From NCBI GenBank assembly GCA_963801605.1, contig CAWDFP010000002.1, positions 2,463 to 66,462 of the forward strand: a stretch of DNA of 64,000 nucleotides. Reading direction: 5' to 3'. This DNA is from an uncultured candidate division Zixibacteria bacterium. Its GTDB lineage: Bacteria > Zixibacteria > MSB-5A5 > UBA10806. A program made the translations under genes and the position numbers. This document shows, piece after piece, positions 8,625 to 17,671 of the stretch. The notes beneath the pieces were generated by a model. It was given only the letters and a program-made list of their open reading frames with translations. It searched no databases and was not told the origin of the DNA. The first letter of the stretch is position 1. The number at the start of each line of letters is the position of its first letter.

Positions 8625-10151
8625 ATGAAGAAAACTCTTCTAATAATCCTGGCAGTCATACTGCTTGGTTGGAGTATGGCATCGGCGGGTGTTCCCACAG
8701 CGACAGGCAGAATTAAAGCCTCTGCAAAGGTCGAGAAAGCGGAACCAAAAGCCGAGGAGTCCTCCCGTAAGGTTGTGAAAGCCGAACAGCCGGCTATCGA
8801 AAACCGCACCGGCGCGGTGAGAAACGAGAAGGCCGAGAAAAAGGCGGAACCTGCCGAAAATACATCCACTGAACGAAAAGAAACAGTTCAGAAAAAGCAG
8901 GAAGTTAAGATCGATCAAGCTCTTTTAGAGGCGCAGGCTGAAGCGGCAAAGCTTCTGCAAGAGCAGGCGGTTGCGAAACAGGAAGCCGTTTTGCAGGCCA
9001 ACGAGACCGCCGGCAAGAAGGACCTGATCCCGGAAGAGATACCGATGAAAAACGGTATCCCGCAAACCGCTAAATCGGACCCCGCCCAATTTATCACCAC
9101 TCCCGCGGGGATAGTCAACGCCCCTGGTATTGGAGATAATCCACCGGTTATCACGGATATCTTCTTTACAGAGGATTTTGAAACCGGCGCCCTTCCAGAT
9201 GGTTGGAGCGACGTTCCGGGAACCCTTCCCTGGCTTTATGACGGTGGCACAGACCACGGCCCCAATGCCCCACACGGAGGCAGCTATGCCGCATACTTCA
9301 ATATTTATGATTATGCCGCCGGAACTATCGACTCCTTGATTACCCCCAGTATCGATCTCTCAGCACATAGCGGCAGCTATATGCTTTCCTACTGGAGCTG
9401 GCACAGTTCCGGTACCGATTCAATGGTCGTATTCTTATCGGAGGCCGGTGTAAATACTCGCATTCATAGAATGCCAAATACCGCATCCTGGAATCAGAAT
9501 TTGATCATGTTCAATTCTTCGTCTGCCGATGCCAGAATACTTTTTGTTGGATACAGCAGATTCGGCTCATATAATATCTATATCGATGATATTGAAATCC
9601 GGGATGCTCCAACGCTCGGACGATGCTGCTACGGCGATCCCGTGACGCCAAGCTGCGATGATAATTCGTCAACGGATTGCGCGGCTCTGAACGGAACCTG
9701 GAATCCACTTCAAACCTGCGCCGGCGAGGCATGTCCAGCGGTTGTCCGCGGCGAAAACTGCGTTGCGCCGTTCATCATTGAATCTTTGCCCTATACCGAT
9801 ACTCAGAACACTGCCAATTGGCAGAACGATTACGGTCATAGCGGACGGGACGTAGTCTATGAACTTACGATTACTGAGCGTACACTGGTAGATATTACAA
9901 CCTGCAATTCACCCGATCCAACATTCGACGACTACATCGGTGTCTGGGGCCCGGGTCAATGCGGGTCGACTACGTATTTAGCCTCCACCGATGGAGGGTG
10001 TGATACCCAGCTTGATCTGGCCCATATTTCGGATTTGATGCTAACCCCCGGTACCTACTACATACTTGTCGAAGCATATTTTTCGAGCTCCGATGGCGAG
10101 TATGTTCTGGAAATCACGGGTACGCTCCATACCGCCCACCAATCCCGGTGA
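8625..10151 (+). CDS. Giant modular surface protein, N-terminal fragment: signal peptide, K/E/A-rich coiled region, choice-of-anchor-J/MAM-like domain, Cys-rich linker and first PPC-like domain
   Basis: GGAGAG RBS then ATG at 8625, and signal peptide MKKTLLIILAVILLGWSMASAG. The last domain (GENCVAPFIIESLPYTDT...YYILVEAY...EYVLEIT) is the same type as the first domains of the next ORF. The frame is lost at 10118-10137. Confidence 0.8.
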   Translation: MKKTLLIILAVILLGWSMASAGVPTATGRIKASAKVEKAEPKAEESSRKVVKAEQPAIENRTGAVRNEKAEKKAEPAENTSTERKETVQKKQEVKIDQALLEAQAEAAKLLQEQAVAKQEAVLQANETAGKKDLIPEEIPMKNGIPQTAKSDPAQFITTPAGIVNAPGIGDNPPVITDIFFTEDFETGALPDGWSDVPGTLPWLYDGGTDHGPNAPHGGSYAAYFNIYDYAAGTIDSLITPSIDLSAHSGSYMLSYWSWHSSGTDSMVVFLSEAGVNTRIHRMPNTASWNQNLIMFNSSSADARILFVGYSRFGSYNIYIDDIEIRDAPTLGRCCYGDPVTPSCDDNSSTDCAALNGTWNPLQTCAGEACPAVVRGENCVAPFIIESLPYTDTQNTANWQNDYGHSGRDVVYELTITERTLVDITTCNSPDPTFDDYIGVWGPGQCGSTTYLASTDGGCDTQLDLAHISDLMLTPGTYYILVEAYFSSSDGEYVLEITGTLHTAHQSR

Positions 10152-10947
10152 AACATGCGAACTTCCGCTCGTAGTAAACATTCCGGCAGAAGCGCCATAT
10201 ACAAACACCAATACCACGTGCGGCATGTTTAACGATTATGCAAATACCTGCCTTGGCACGTATGATTTTGGCGAAGATATCATCTATCAGATTAATATAA
10301 CTCAGGATGGATGCTATAATTTCACACTTGATCCTGGCGTAACCGCCAATACCGGATTCGCTCTTGACGATGCCTGCCCGATGGATCCGACAAGTTGTGT
10401 GGCCTCGCATACATCATCAACTGCTGCTCCTCATAGCTTCCGGGCATCGGTAAGCGCGGGCACTTACTACCTGATTATCGACAGCGGTTCTCCCACTACC
10501 TGTATCCCTGAGTACACCTTAACAATCGATGTTTGCCCGCCTCCACAACCGGGTGAAAATTGCCTTTCTCCGATTTTTGTCAACATTCCGGCCGAACTGC
10601 CTTATACAACCACGGGTACTACTTGCGGAATGTTTAATGACTATAGTAACTCCTGTCTGGGCAACTATGATGGCGGCGAGGATATTATCTATGAACTCAC
10701 CGTCACTGAGGCCGGCTGCTACGATTTCGAGCTCGATCCCGGCAGCTCTACCTGGACTGGTATCGCGATTCAGAGCGCCTGCCCAACGGATACATTAAGC
10801 TGTGTCGCCAAACACACCCTGACCGGATCGGGAGTGCATGGTATATACGGCCAACCGTTGGAAGCCGGTACCTACTATATCATAATCGATACCTGGCCTT
10901 CACCTGATTGCATTCCGAGTTTCACTTTTTCGATCAGCGATTGCGCT
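9750..10947 (+). repeat. Three tandem copies of a roughly 400-nt coding repeat (domain type A: G-E-x-C ... LPYT ... C-G-M-F-N-D-Y ... G-T-Y-Y-[IL]-I-[IV]-D)
   Basis: Copies start near 9750, 10147 and 10552. Protein-level similarity is clear and nucleotide similarity is partial. Confidence 0.7.
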
Positions 10948-13900
10948 CCTCCTCCAGCTAACGATGATTGCGTTAGTGCCGAGCAGATCGGAGACGTGAC
11001 TGATTTACCATGGCAAACCCGCTCAGCCAGCCACGATGGCCCGGGCACCTATATCACCAGCAACAATATCTGGTATATATATACTCCTACCTGCACCGGA
11101 GTAGCCCACATCAGTCTGTGCGGCTCTTCGTTCGATACCAGATTGGCGGTTTATGACGGCGCCACCTGCGATCCGTTGCCTGCCGAACTTGCTACGGATG
11201 ATGATGCTTGCGATCCCGGGATGCAGTCGTTTGTTGATGTTCCTGTAATTTCGGGAAGTCAATATCTCATCGAAATTGGCGGATATCAAAGTTATTCCGG
11301 TTCAGGCGTCCTCACCACTTCATGCCAGATTCCTCCGGCCAATGACGATTGTGCTAATGCGACTTTAATCGGTGATGTGACCGATGAGCCGTTTTCAACG
11401 CTCGCAGCCACGTTTGACGGTTACGGCACTTATATCACTACGCCGAACGTTTGGTTTATTTATACCGCTACCTGCACGGGAATGGCAAAAATCGACCTCT
11501 GCGGTTCGTCGTTTGATACCAAGCTCGCTGTTTACGACGGAGTTGATTGCAATTATCCGATTGAACTCGGAACTAATGACGATGGCTGCGGTACTTATGG
11601 GGGCCCGTCGTTGCTTTATGTTCCCGTAATTCAGGGTAATCAGTACTTGATTGAAATCGGCGGCTCCGGCACGGGCGATGTGGGAGAAGGTTTACTTGCT
11701 ACATCCTGCTCTCCACCCCCGGCTAATGATAACTGCGCCCAGGCAATTGCAATTGGCGATGTAACCGATCTACCATGGTCAACGCTGGCAGCGTCATTCG
11801 ACGGCGGCGGAACATATATTACATCACCCAATATCTGGTACTTGTACACGCCGCCGATGAGCGGTACTGCGATTATCAGCCTGTGCGGTTCGTCGTTCGA
11901 TACCAAGCTGGTTGTTTATGATGGAGCTACCTGCGATCCGTTGCCCGCTGAATTGGCTCGCGATGACGATGATTGCGATCCCGGACTCCAATCTGTGATA
12001 ATGGTCCCCGTAGTTGGAGGAAGCCAATATCTTATCGAAGTCGGCGGATACGGCTCAGCCATAGGTGAAGGTGTTATATCTACATCAACTCATATAGCTC
12101 CTCCCAATGACAATTGCGCGGAGACAACTCCACAAGCGCTAATCATCGATTCACCTCTAATTATAACGGGTGATAACAGCTATGCTTCTCAGGATTGTCC
12201 GCTGAATACTTATGCCGAAACCTGGATTGTCTTCAGCACAGCCGAGTGTATGGATGTGGCGATAACTTCCTGCGGGACGTCACCGGTTCTTGAAAATGCC
12301 GGTACCAGGATATATGAGGCTTGCCCATGCGATAACAATTACATATATCGCGCCAGCCTAAATTGGACCGATTGCACCGACGGCAACTGGACAGCATATT
12401 TCCAAAGCGTGCCCGCTGGAACACACTATTACGCCTTCATATCTGATCCGAGCAATGATCCCACCGGTCCTTACACTATTACTGTTACCGGTACGGCCTG
12501 CCCGCCGCCTCCAGTTCCCGATTTCACCGTTACCGCCCCTGGTTCCTGGGCTGACGGCAACACTTGCGGCGCCGGAGACGATAATCGTCTGCGCGCCGGC
12601 GAAGATCAGGTTTGGGCAATTACAATCCCGACCGACGGTCGTTGGATATTCTCATTGTGCGGCGGCAGCACTGTGTGGGATTCCTATATCTACCTTGGCA
12701 CTCAAACCTATTTGGGTGATTTAGGCGCAATCGATGGCGGTTGCGGTGGTTCGATGCTTTCAAAATTAGTCGTTGAAGTAACGGCCGGCACATACTATCT
12801 GGATGTTGAGGGTTGGTACACGGATGATTGCGGTCCTTATACTCTCGACGTGTTGCCAGCTCCACCGCCTGCCGAAAATGACGAATGCGTTAATGCATTA
12901 GCAGTCGGTAATATTACTGAAGTACCGTTTACAACGGCCTACGCCACTCATGACGGCCCCGGCACATATATGACCGGGCCGAACATCTGGTATCTTTATA
13001 CCGCTCCTGCGTCCGGCGATGTTGAAGTCAGCCTCTGCGGTTCAAGCTATGATACCAAAGTAGCCGTTTACGATGGACCCACCTGCGATCCGCTGGATCC
13101 GCTGCTTGCGAGCGACGACGATGCCTGCGATCCGGGACTCCAGTCGTTTGTTACGATTCCTGTGATTCAAGGCAATCAATATCTTATCGAGGTTGGTGGC
13201 TATTCCACTAATGTCGGCGATGGTGTTATTTCGATATCTCCGCCGCCTCCTCCGCCGGCGAATCAGTGCGAAAGCAGTACGCTTATTTATACTAATGGCG
13301 GACCTACCACGGACAATATCATGGCCAGCCAATGCGATCCAATCTACCCATTTGCGGGCGGCCTGGCCGACGATTTTGTTCTGCCCGGAAGCGGCGAAAT
13401 CACAGCAGCCAACGTAGTAGCGTATCTCGGCTTCTGGAGCGATTTGACTCCGGCCACTCCTCTCGATTTGACGGCAATAGTTGTTACCATTTACGCTGAT
13501 AACGCCGGTTCTCCCGGCGGACAACCGATCGATGGCGATCCGAACTGCGCTCACCAGGAGCTGATCGGCGGCGGCATAGTAACATCCCAAACCATATATC
13601 CGGAATCATATACTTATGATGAGTATATGACGGGCATCTGGCAGGTGGTGCTGCCAATATCGCCGACCAATTTAAGTGCCGGCACAACCTATTGGCTGGA
13701 GGTAGAACCTATTCTCGATTTCACCAATTTGGGTCAATGCGGAATGGTTACGACCGGTGCAATTACCGGTTCAGCCGCCATGCTGTATTTCCCGTTGGCC
13801 GGTATTAATTCCTGGCAAATACCTCCGGATCCCTGGGTGCCCGCCGATGCCGCGTTTTGTCTGCTAAGCGCTCAAGGTACCATCGATGGTATTGTTTATA

Positions 13901-14475
13901 ACACCGATGGTATAACGCCATTGGCAGGCGTTCATGTTATTACCCATGATGCCAGCGAAACAGTAGTAGGCGACCAATACTCTTTGCCTAATGGCACCTG
14001 GACGCTCAATCTGCCACCCGGCACTTACCATGAACATCTCACCATGATGGGTTTTGTCGATTATACCATAAACAACATCGTGGTTACATCCAACGGAGTT
14101 ACCAATCTCAGCGCCACAATGCAAATTGCCACCGGCGGCTGTCAGTATATAGTCGGCGATGCCAATACCAGCGGCGTCTTTAATGGGCTGGATGTTACCT
14201 ACAGCGTGGGATACTTCAAGGGCGGACGTCCGCCTCAGTATCAGTGCGAGTGCACCCCCGGACATACCTGGTATGTGGCCGGTGATGTTAACGCCTCATG
14301 CTCATTCAACGGACTCGATGTTACGTACATGGTATCGTTCTTTAAGGGCGGTCCCATGGTACATGGATGCGCTGATTGTCTCCCGATCGGACTACTGGCT
14401 CCGCCAGATCCGGATGTAGCGCCTCGAATAATGCCGTTGATTAAGTCAAACGGCAATATTCAATCAACTGATTAG
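10066..14475 (+). CDS. Giant modular surface protein, C-terminal fragment: about 9 PPC-like beta-sandwich domains, a CarboxypepD_reg-like domain and a dockerin-like tail
   Basis: The real coding part starts near 10120 (IPPTNPGETCELPL...). It has repeated Pro-rich linkers (CPPPQPGENC, CAPPPANDDC). The C-terminus has two EF-hand-like dockerin repeats, GDANTSGVFNGLDVTYSVGYFKGG and GDVNASCSFNGLDVTYMVSFFKGG. Confidence 0.85.
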   Translation: MSKHIFRAPMASMFWKSRVRSIPPTNPGETCELPLVVNIPAEAPYTNTNTTCGMFNDYANTCLGTYDFGEDIIYQINITQDGCYNFTLDPGVTANTGFALDDACPMDPTSCVASHTSSTAAPHSFRASVSAGTYYLIIDSGSPTTCIPEYTLTIDVCPPPQPGENCLSPIFVNIPAELPYTTTGTTCGMFNDYSNSCLGNYDGGEDIIYELTVTEAGCYDFELDPGSSTWTGIAIQSACPTDTLSCVAKHTLTGSGVHGIYGQPLEAGTYYIIIDTWPSPDCIPSFTFSISDCAPPPANDDCVSAEQIGDVTDLPWQTRSASHDGPGTYITSNNIWYIYTPTCTGVAHISLCGSSFDTRLAVYDGATCDPLPAELATDDDACDPGMQSFVDVPVISGSQYLIEIGGYQSYSGSGVLTTSCQIPPANDDCANATLIGDVTDEPFSTLAATFDGYGTYITTPNVWFIYTATCTGMAKIDLCGSSFDTKLAVYDGVDCNYPIELGTNDDGCGTYGGPSLLYVPVIQGNQYLIEIGGSGTGDVGEGLLATSCSPPPANDNCAQAIAIGDVTDLPWSTLAASFDGGGTYITSPNIWYLYTPPMSGTAIISLCGSSFDTKLVVYDGATCDPLPAELARDDDDCDPGLQSVIMVPVVGGSQYLIEVGGYGSAIGEGVISTSTHIAPPNDNCAETTPQALIIDSPLIITGDNSYASQDCPLNTYAETWIVFSTAECMDVAITSCGTSPVLENAGTRIYEACPCDNNYIYRASLNWTDCTDGNWTAYFQSVPAGTHYYAFISDPSNDPTGPYTITVTGTACPPPPVPDFTVTAPGSWADGNTCGAGDDNRLRAGEDQVWAITIPTDGRWIFSLCGGSTVWDSYIYLGTQTYLGDLGAIDGGCGGSMLSKLVVEVTAGTYYLDVEGWYTDDCGPYTLDVLPAPPPAENDECVNALAVGNITEVPFTTAYATHDGPGTYMTGPNIWYLYTAPASGDVEVSLCGSSYDTKVAVYDGPTCDPLDPLLASDDDACDPGLQSFVTIPVIQGNQYLIEVGGYSTNVGDGVISISPPPPPPANQCESSTLIYTNGGPTTDNIMASQCDPIYPFAGGLADDFVLPGSGEITAANVVAYLGFWSDLTPATPLDLTAIVVTIYADNAGSPGGQPIDGDPNCAHQELIGGGIVTSQTIYPESYTYDEYMTGIWQVVLPISPTNLSAGTTYWLEVEPILDFTNLGQCGMVTTGAITGSAAMLYFPLAGINSWQIPPDPWVPADAAFCLLSAQGTIDGIVYNTDGITPLAGVHVITHDASETVVGDQYSLPNGTWTLNLPPGTYHEHLTMMGFVDYTINNIVVTSNGVTNLSATMQIATGGCQYIVGDANTSGVFNGLDVTYSVGYFKGGRPPQYQCECTPGHTWYVAGDVNASCSFNGLDVTYMVSFFKGGPMVHGCADCLPIGLLAPPDPDVAPRIMPLIKSNGNIQSTD
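10948..12096 (+). repeat. Three tandem copies of a 381-384-nt coding repeat (domain type B: PPANDDC ... LCGSSFDT[RK]LAVYDG ... DDD.CDPG.QS ... QYLIE[IV]GGY)
   Basis: Copies start at 10948, 11332 and 11713. There are long near-identical nucleotide runs, for example CTGTGCGG(C/T)TC(T/G)TCGTTCGATACCA and GCGATCCCGG. Confidence 0.85.
12862..13238 (+). repeat. Fourth, dispersed copy of the type B coding repeat
   Basis: PPAENDECVNALAVGNITEVPF...LCGSSYDTKVAVYDGPTCDP...DDDACDPGLQSFV...QYLIEVGGY. Confidence 0.8.
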
Positions 14476-14497
14476 ATTAGTCTAAAATTGGGGAGAT

Positions 14498-14530
14498 GGG
14501 CCGCTCAGAAATGGGCGGCCCTTTATTTTA
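14498..14530 (+). terminator. Rho-independent terminator after the giant surface-protein gene
   Basis: GGGCCGC (14498-14504) / GCGGCCC (14515-14521) stem with a 10-nt loop, then TTTATTTTA. Confidence 0.65.
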
Positions 14531-14918
14531 GCAGAACTTTATTTCCTCAATTAATTCATATGCGGAGTGTCCAATTCGAAATGATATACGAGATTTTTTT
14601 AATTATATCGAGGTAGATATCAATTTAATTATTCAGTCTTAACGCCCAATATAATTATGTCAATTTTGAGTATTTTTTGACGATAATTATTAAGGAGTAC
14701 CATTTATGGTATTTATCTCGAATAATTCGAGAGTTTTTATTTATTTAGATAGTGAATAAATTTGCACATTTGGCTGGCCAGTGCTCATCGTTAACATACC
14801 AAACCAGATGGATTAAGGTATAATAAGGCCGCATTAAAAAATAGGTATTCCGCTATACCGCAGCAAGTTAGGTATAAAAAGAATTAACGCCATGCAAGTG
14901 ATACTAATTTATTCAAGG

Positions 14919-14947
14919 TTGACACGACTTTCTAATTGAATTATATA
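14919..14947 (+). promoter_or_regulatory. Sigma70-type promoter for the T9SS-cargo gene
   Basis: TTGACA (14919-14924), a 17-nt spacer and TATATA (14942-14947). A GAGAGG RBS and the ATG at 14972 follow. Confidence 0.5.
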
Positions 14948-14971
14948 TTGATTCAAATGAGAGGTGTACCA

Positions 14972-17638
14972 ATGTTTTTAAGAAGACAACCAAGGGAAAA
15001 GAAGCTATTGACGCGAATGCTCGGGATGATCTTGCCGGTCATTATGATTATGGCATTCGGTCAAAAATCGGAGGCGGCCAAACTAGATCATATCAGGACG
15101 GCCTGCATGAATTACGAAACAGGCGATTCGGCGACTGGTCACTGGATCGGCGAGCATTTCGACTATTCCAATGGAGGATATTCGACCAGGTTGAGAGGAA
15201 TACGCGCGGCCAGTCTGCCGACAATGGTGCTGCAATATACAGCGTCGTCGTCATTTTACTGCGAACAGGGATATCATGACTGCGATTCTATTGCCGCATT
15301 TTGTGCCAGAAATGGTTATAACGTTGATTCAATGTATCTTCATTGCGCCCGGGATTCGGTCAACATCTTGGATTATGATGTAGCCGCATCGCCATGCGTT
15401 GTGGGCCATGTCAACAGGCACGGAGCGGGCGATCAGATTAGAATTTGCGAATTTAACACCTGGCGAGCCATGCCCAATTACGCCTACCGCGGCGTCTGGG
15501 CATATTTGAAAAAATACTACGGCGAAACGATGCGTACCCATAACGGCGTTATCGAGGATTATGCGGCGGAATGGAGCCGTCCGGCTTACCCGTATAGATG
15601 GGGGTACACGTCATATCCGTGGGGGACTCCTCAATGGCTGGATACCAGCCAGGTTCGCAATATCGCGGGTTGGACAGCAGGGGGATTGAATGGCCGGCAA
15701 ATTGCCGATAGCCTTATACAGATAAAGCGGAACCACTGGTTGCCGATGATTCTCGACACGATCAGGACCGTAACCGGAGGAAATAACTATTTCACCAACG
15801 GATCGGGTTACGGCGATTTAGGCTGTGATTTATTCGAGGATTGTATCAGAACAGGCGCCAGTATGATCATCGGGGAATATGTTTGGATATCCAATGGCAT
15901 CAACTGGCCGGGAGTCTGGGCAGAACCGTCGATGCCGTGGGCAATGATGGATTCGGTCCGTCAAGTTCATAACGGCGCCAAGATACAATTATGGGTAACC
16001 GTATTTCCGCAGGACTCCGTAATTCTGGGTTCCTGGGCGCGGTCTTATATGGAACGCTTATGCTTCTACTACATGGCCGCAGATACGGGACATACAATAT
16101 TCTTATTCAGCAATTCGACGACATCAGCTCATGGCCCTAACCAATTTTATGCCAGCGATACTCTTTTATTGTGGCAGAAAGCCCTGGAACGCAATATCGG
16201 CCAACCGACGGCTGAAAGAACATCTCAGAATATAAGCGGAGCGACGGTCTATCGTCGGCCGTACAGCAGAGCTCTGGTATACTGGCGGCAGGCGTCCGGA
16301 GGGACAGGCGGCAATTACGGACCATCATCCGCTGTGACTTTCGACCTTGGCGGCACTTTTCGGGAGCTTTACGCCGATAATACACTTGGCCCGGCTACCA
16401 CTACCGGCCAAATAAGAAATTGTGAAGGAAAGATTTATGTATCGGCATTAGGAGATTCAATATCCCCGTCCGGGATTCATGATCTGGGATCATCTCGAAA
16501 TGAGCAAGGACAATCTATTCTGACATGGACCGCCCCCGGTGATGACGGAGATATTGGCACTGCAGATCATTATTCAATCAGATACTCCACGGATTTTATA
16601 TCTGACAACAACTGGTCGTTGGCAACGATAATGCCGAATCCGCCAATGCCGCTTCTTTCGGGTCAGCATCAGGAAGCTATTGTCAGCGATCTGAGCTACG
16701 GTGAGAAATATTATTTCGCGATAAAGGCATTCGATGAAGCGGGCAATGAATCATCACTCTCCAATGTTGATTCCCTGCTCGGCGGAATCAGCGCCCCGGT
16801 ACCGTTATCAACTGTGATCGATACCTCGGGGGGACAGGTAACCTTGTATGCAGGAGCGGTTCATTCAAGTTTGCCCCTGTATTACGAATTTGCCCTGGAT
16901 ACCACGCTCACTTTGCCATCTCCCGAAATACAGATATCTATGGCGTCGGATACGGCTGTATCATCGACTTATGGAGACCTGGAACGTCAAAGGTCGTATG
17001 TCTGGCGCTGTCGTGCCAGATGTAGTTCGCCAAATGACTCCAGCCAATGGTCAGCGGCAACAAGTTTTTTTATGCCCCAATCGCCCGCCCCGCTGGCAGC
17101 GGTCGATTGTATTTATCCGCCAGCCGGAGCTACAATTAATACGGCGACTCCCGAGCTAATATCAAACGGGCACAGCGGTATAACTCAAATTTATTTTGAG
17201 ATAGATACGACCTCGAATTTTTTATCGGGGCTGAATTCAGGCGCGATCTCGGTGGAATCATCGGGATCCGCCTCCTGGCAAGTCAGCTCGCTGCTGCAAA
17301 ACGGAGCCAAATATTACTGGCGCGCCAGTTCCGATAATCAGTTATGGACGGCGCCCAGTCATTTTTTCGTGACACTTTCGATTCACGCCTTTCCCAATCC
17401 ATTCAAAAGCTCGGATAATCACAGCGTTATTACATTCACGAATTTACCCCAAAATTCAAATATTACGATTGCCACAATTTCAGGGGCAATTATCAAACAG
17501 GCTCACAATGTCGGTCCCGGTGACTGGATATGGGACCTTAAAAATTCCGATGGTGATTATATATCATCCGGCGTATATTTAAATTCGGTTAATTACGCAA
17601 CCGGATCGAGTTATGGAAAGATAGTTGTGATCCGGTGA
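14972..17638 (+). CDS. Secreted T9SS cargo protein: large N-terminal domain of unknown function (possibly glycoside-hydrolase-like), FN3-like modules and a T9SS C-terminal sorting domain
   Basis: The likely start is ATG 14972; the ORF-track start at 14936 is TTG. Signal/TM segment LLTRMLGMILPVIMIMAFG. FN3-like module TWTAPGDDGDIGTADHYSIRYS...YYFAIKAFDEAGNESSLSN. The C-terminal about 80 aa (FPNPF...ITF...ISG...WDLKNSDGDYISSGVYL...GKIVVIR) form a typical type A T9SS CTD. Confidence 0.85.
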   Translation: MFLRRQPREKKLLTRMLGMILPVIMIMAFGQKSEAAKLDHIRTACMNYETGDSATGHWIGEHFDYSNGGYSTRLRGIRAASLPTMVLQYTASSSFYCEQGYHDCDSIAAFCARNGYNVDSMYLHCARDSVNILDYDVAASPCVVGHVNRHGAGDQIRICEFNTWRAMPNYAYRGVWAYLKKYYGETMRTHNGVIEDYAAEWSRPAYPYRWGYTSYPWGTPQWLDTSQVRNIAGWTAGGLNGRQIADSLIQIKRNHWLPMILDTIRTVTGGNNYFTNGSGYGDLGCDLFEDCIRTGASMIIGEYVWISNGINWPGVWAEPSMPWAMMDSVRQVHNGAKIQLWVTVFPQDSVILGSWARSYMERLCFYYMAADTGHTIFLFSNSTTSAHGPNQFYASDTLLLWQKALERNIGQPTAERTSQNISGATVYRRPYSRALVYWRQASGGTGGNYGPSSAVTFDLGGTFRELYADNTLGPATTTGQIRNCEGKIYVSALGDSISPSGIHDLGSSRNEQGQSILTWTAPGDDGDIGTADHYSIRYSTDFISDNNWSLATIMPNPPMPLLSGQHQEAIVSDLSYGEKYYFAIKAFDEAGNESSLSNVDSLLGGISAPVPLSTVIDTSGGQVTLYAGAVHSSLPLYYEFALDTTLTLPSPEIQISMASDTAVSSTYGDLERQRSYVWRCRARCSSPNDSSQWSAATSFFMPQSPAPLAAVDCIYPPAGATINTATPELISNGHSGITQIYFEIDTTSNFLSGLNSGAISVESSGSASWQVSSLLQNGAKYYWRASSDNQLWTAPSHFFVTLSIHAFPNPFKSSDNHSVITFTNLPQNSNITIATISGAIIKQAHNVGPGDWIWDLKNSDGDYISSGVYLNSVNYATGSSYGKIVVIR

Positions 17639-17671
17639 TCGCCCAAAACAACGAACTCGGGGGTGGTTGAG

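Noticed and set aside
10118-10137. Programmed +1 ribosomal frameshifting as the explanation for the split giant gene and the other split genes
   Set aside because: There is no slippery heptamer or stimulatory structure. The same type of break occurs in five unrelated genes, always in short homopolymers, which fits consensus error.
10948-13238. Regularly spaced repeats of about 380 bp, considered as a CRISPR-like or satellite array
   Set aside because: The repeats are far too long and have no unique spacers. They are in frame within one ORF and encode a repeated protein domain.
13042-13590. 182-codon minus-strand ORF. Similar antisense ORFs occur at 1142-1540, 24499-24945, 30472-30936, 38806-39126, 56001-56486 and 56725-57228.
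   Set aside because: All are embedded antisense or out of frame within longer ORFs that have clear family motifs. Their low-complexity or Arg/Ser/Pro-rich translations are typical of shadow ORFs.
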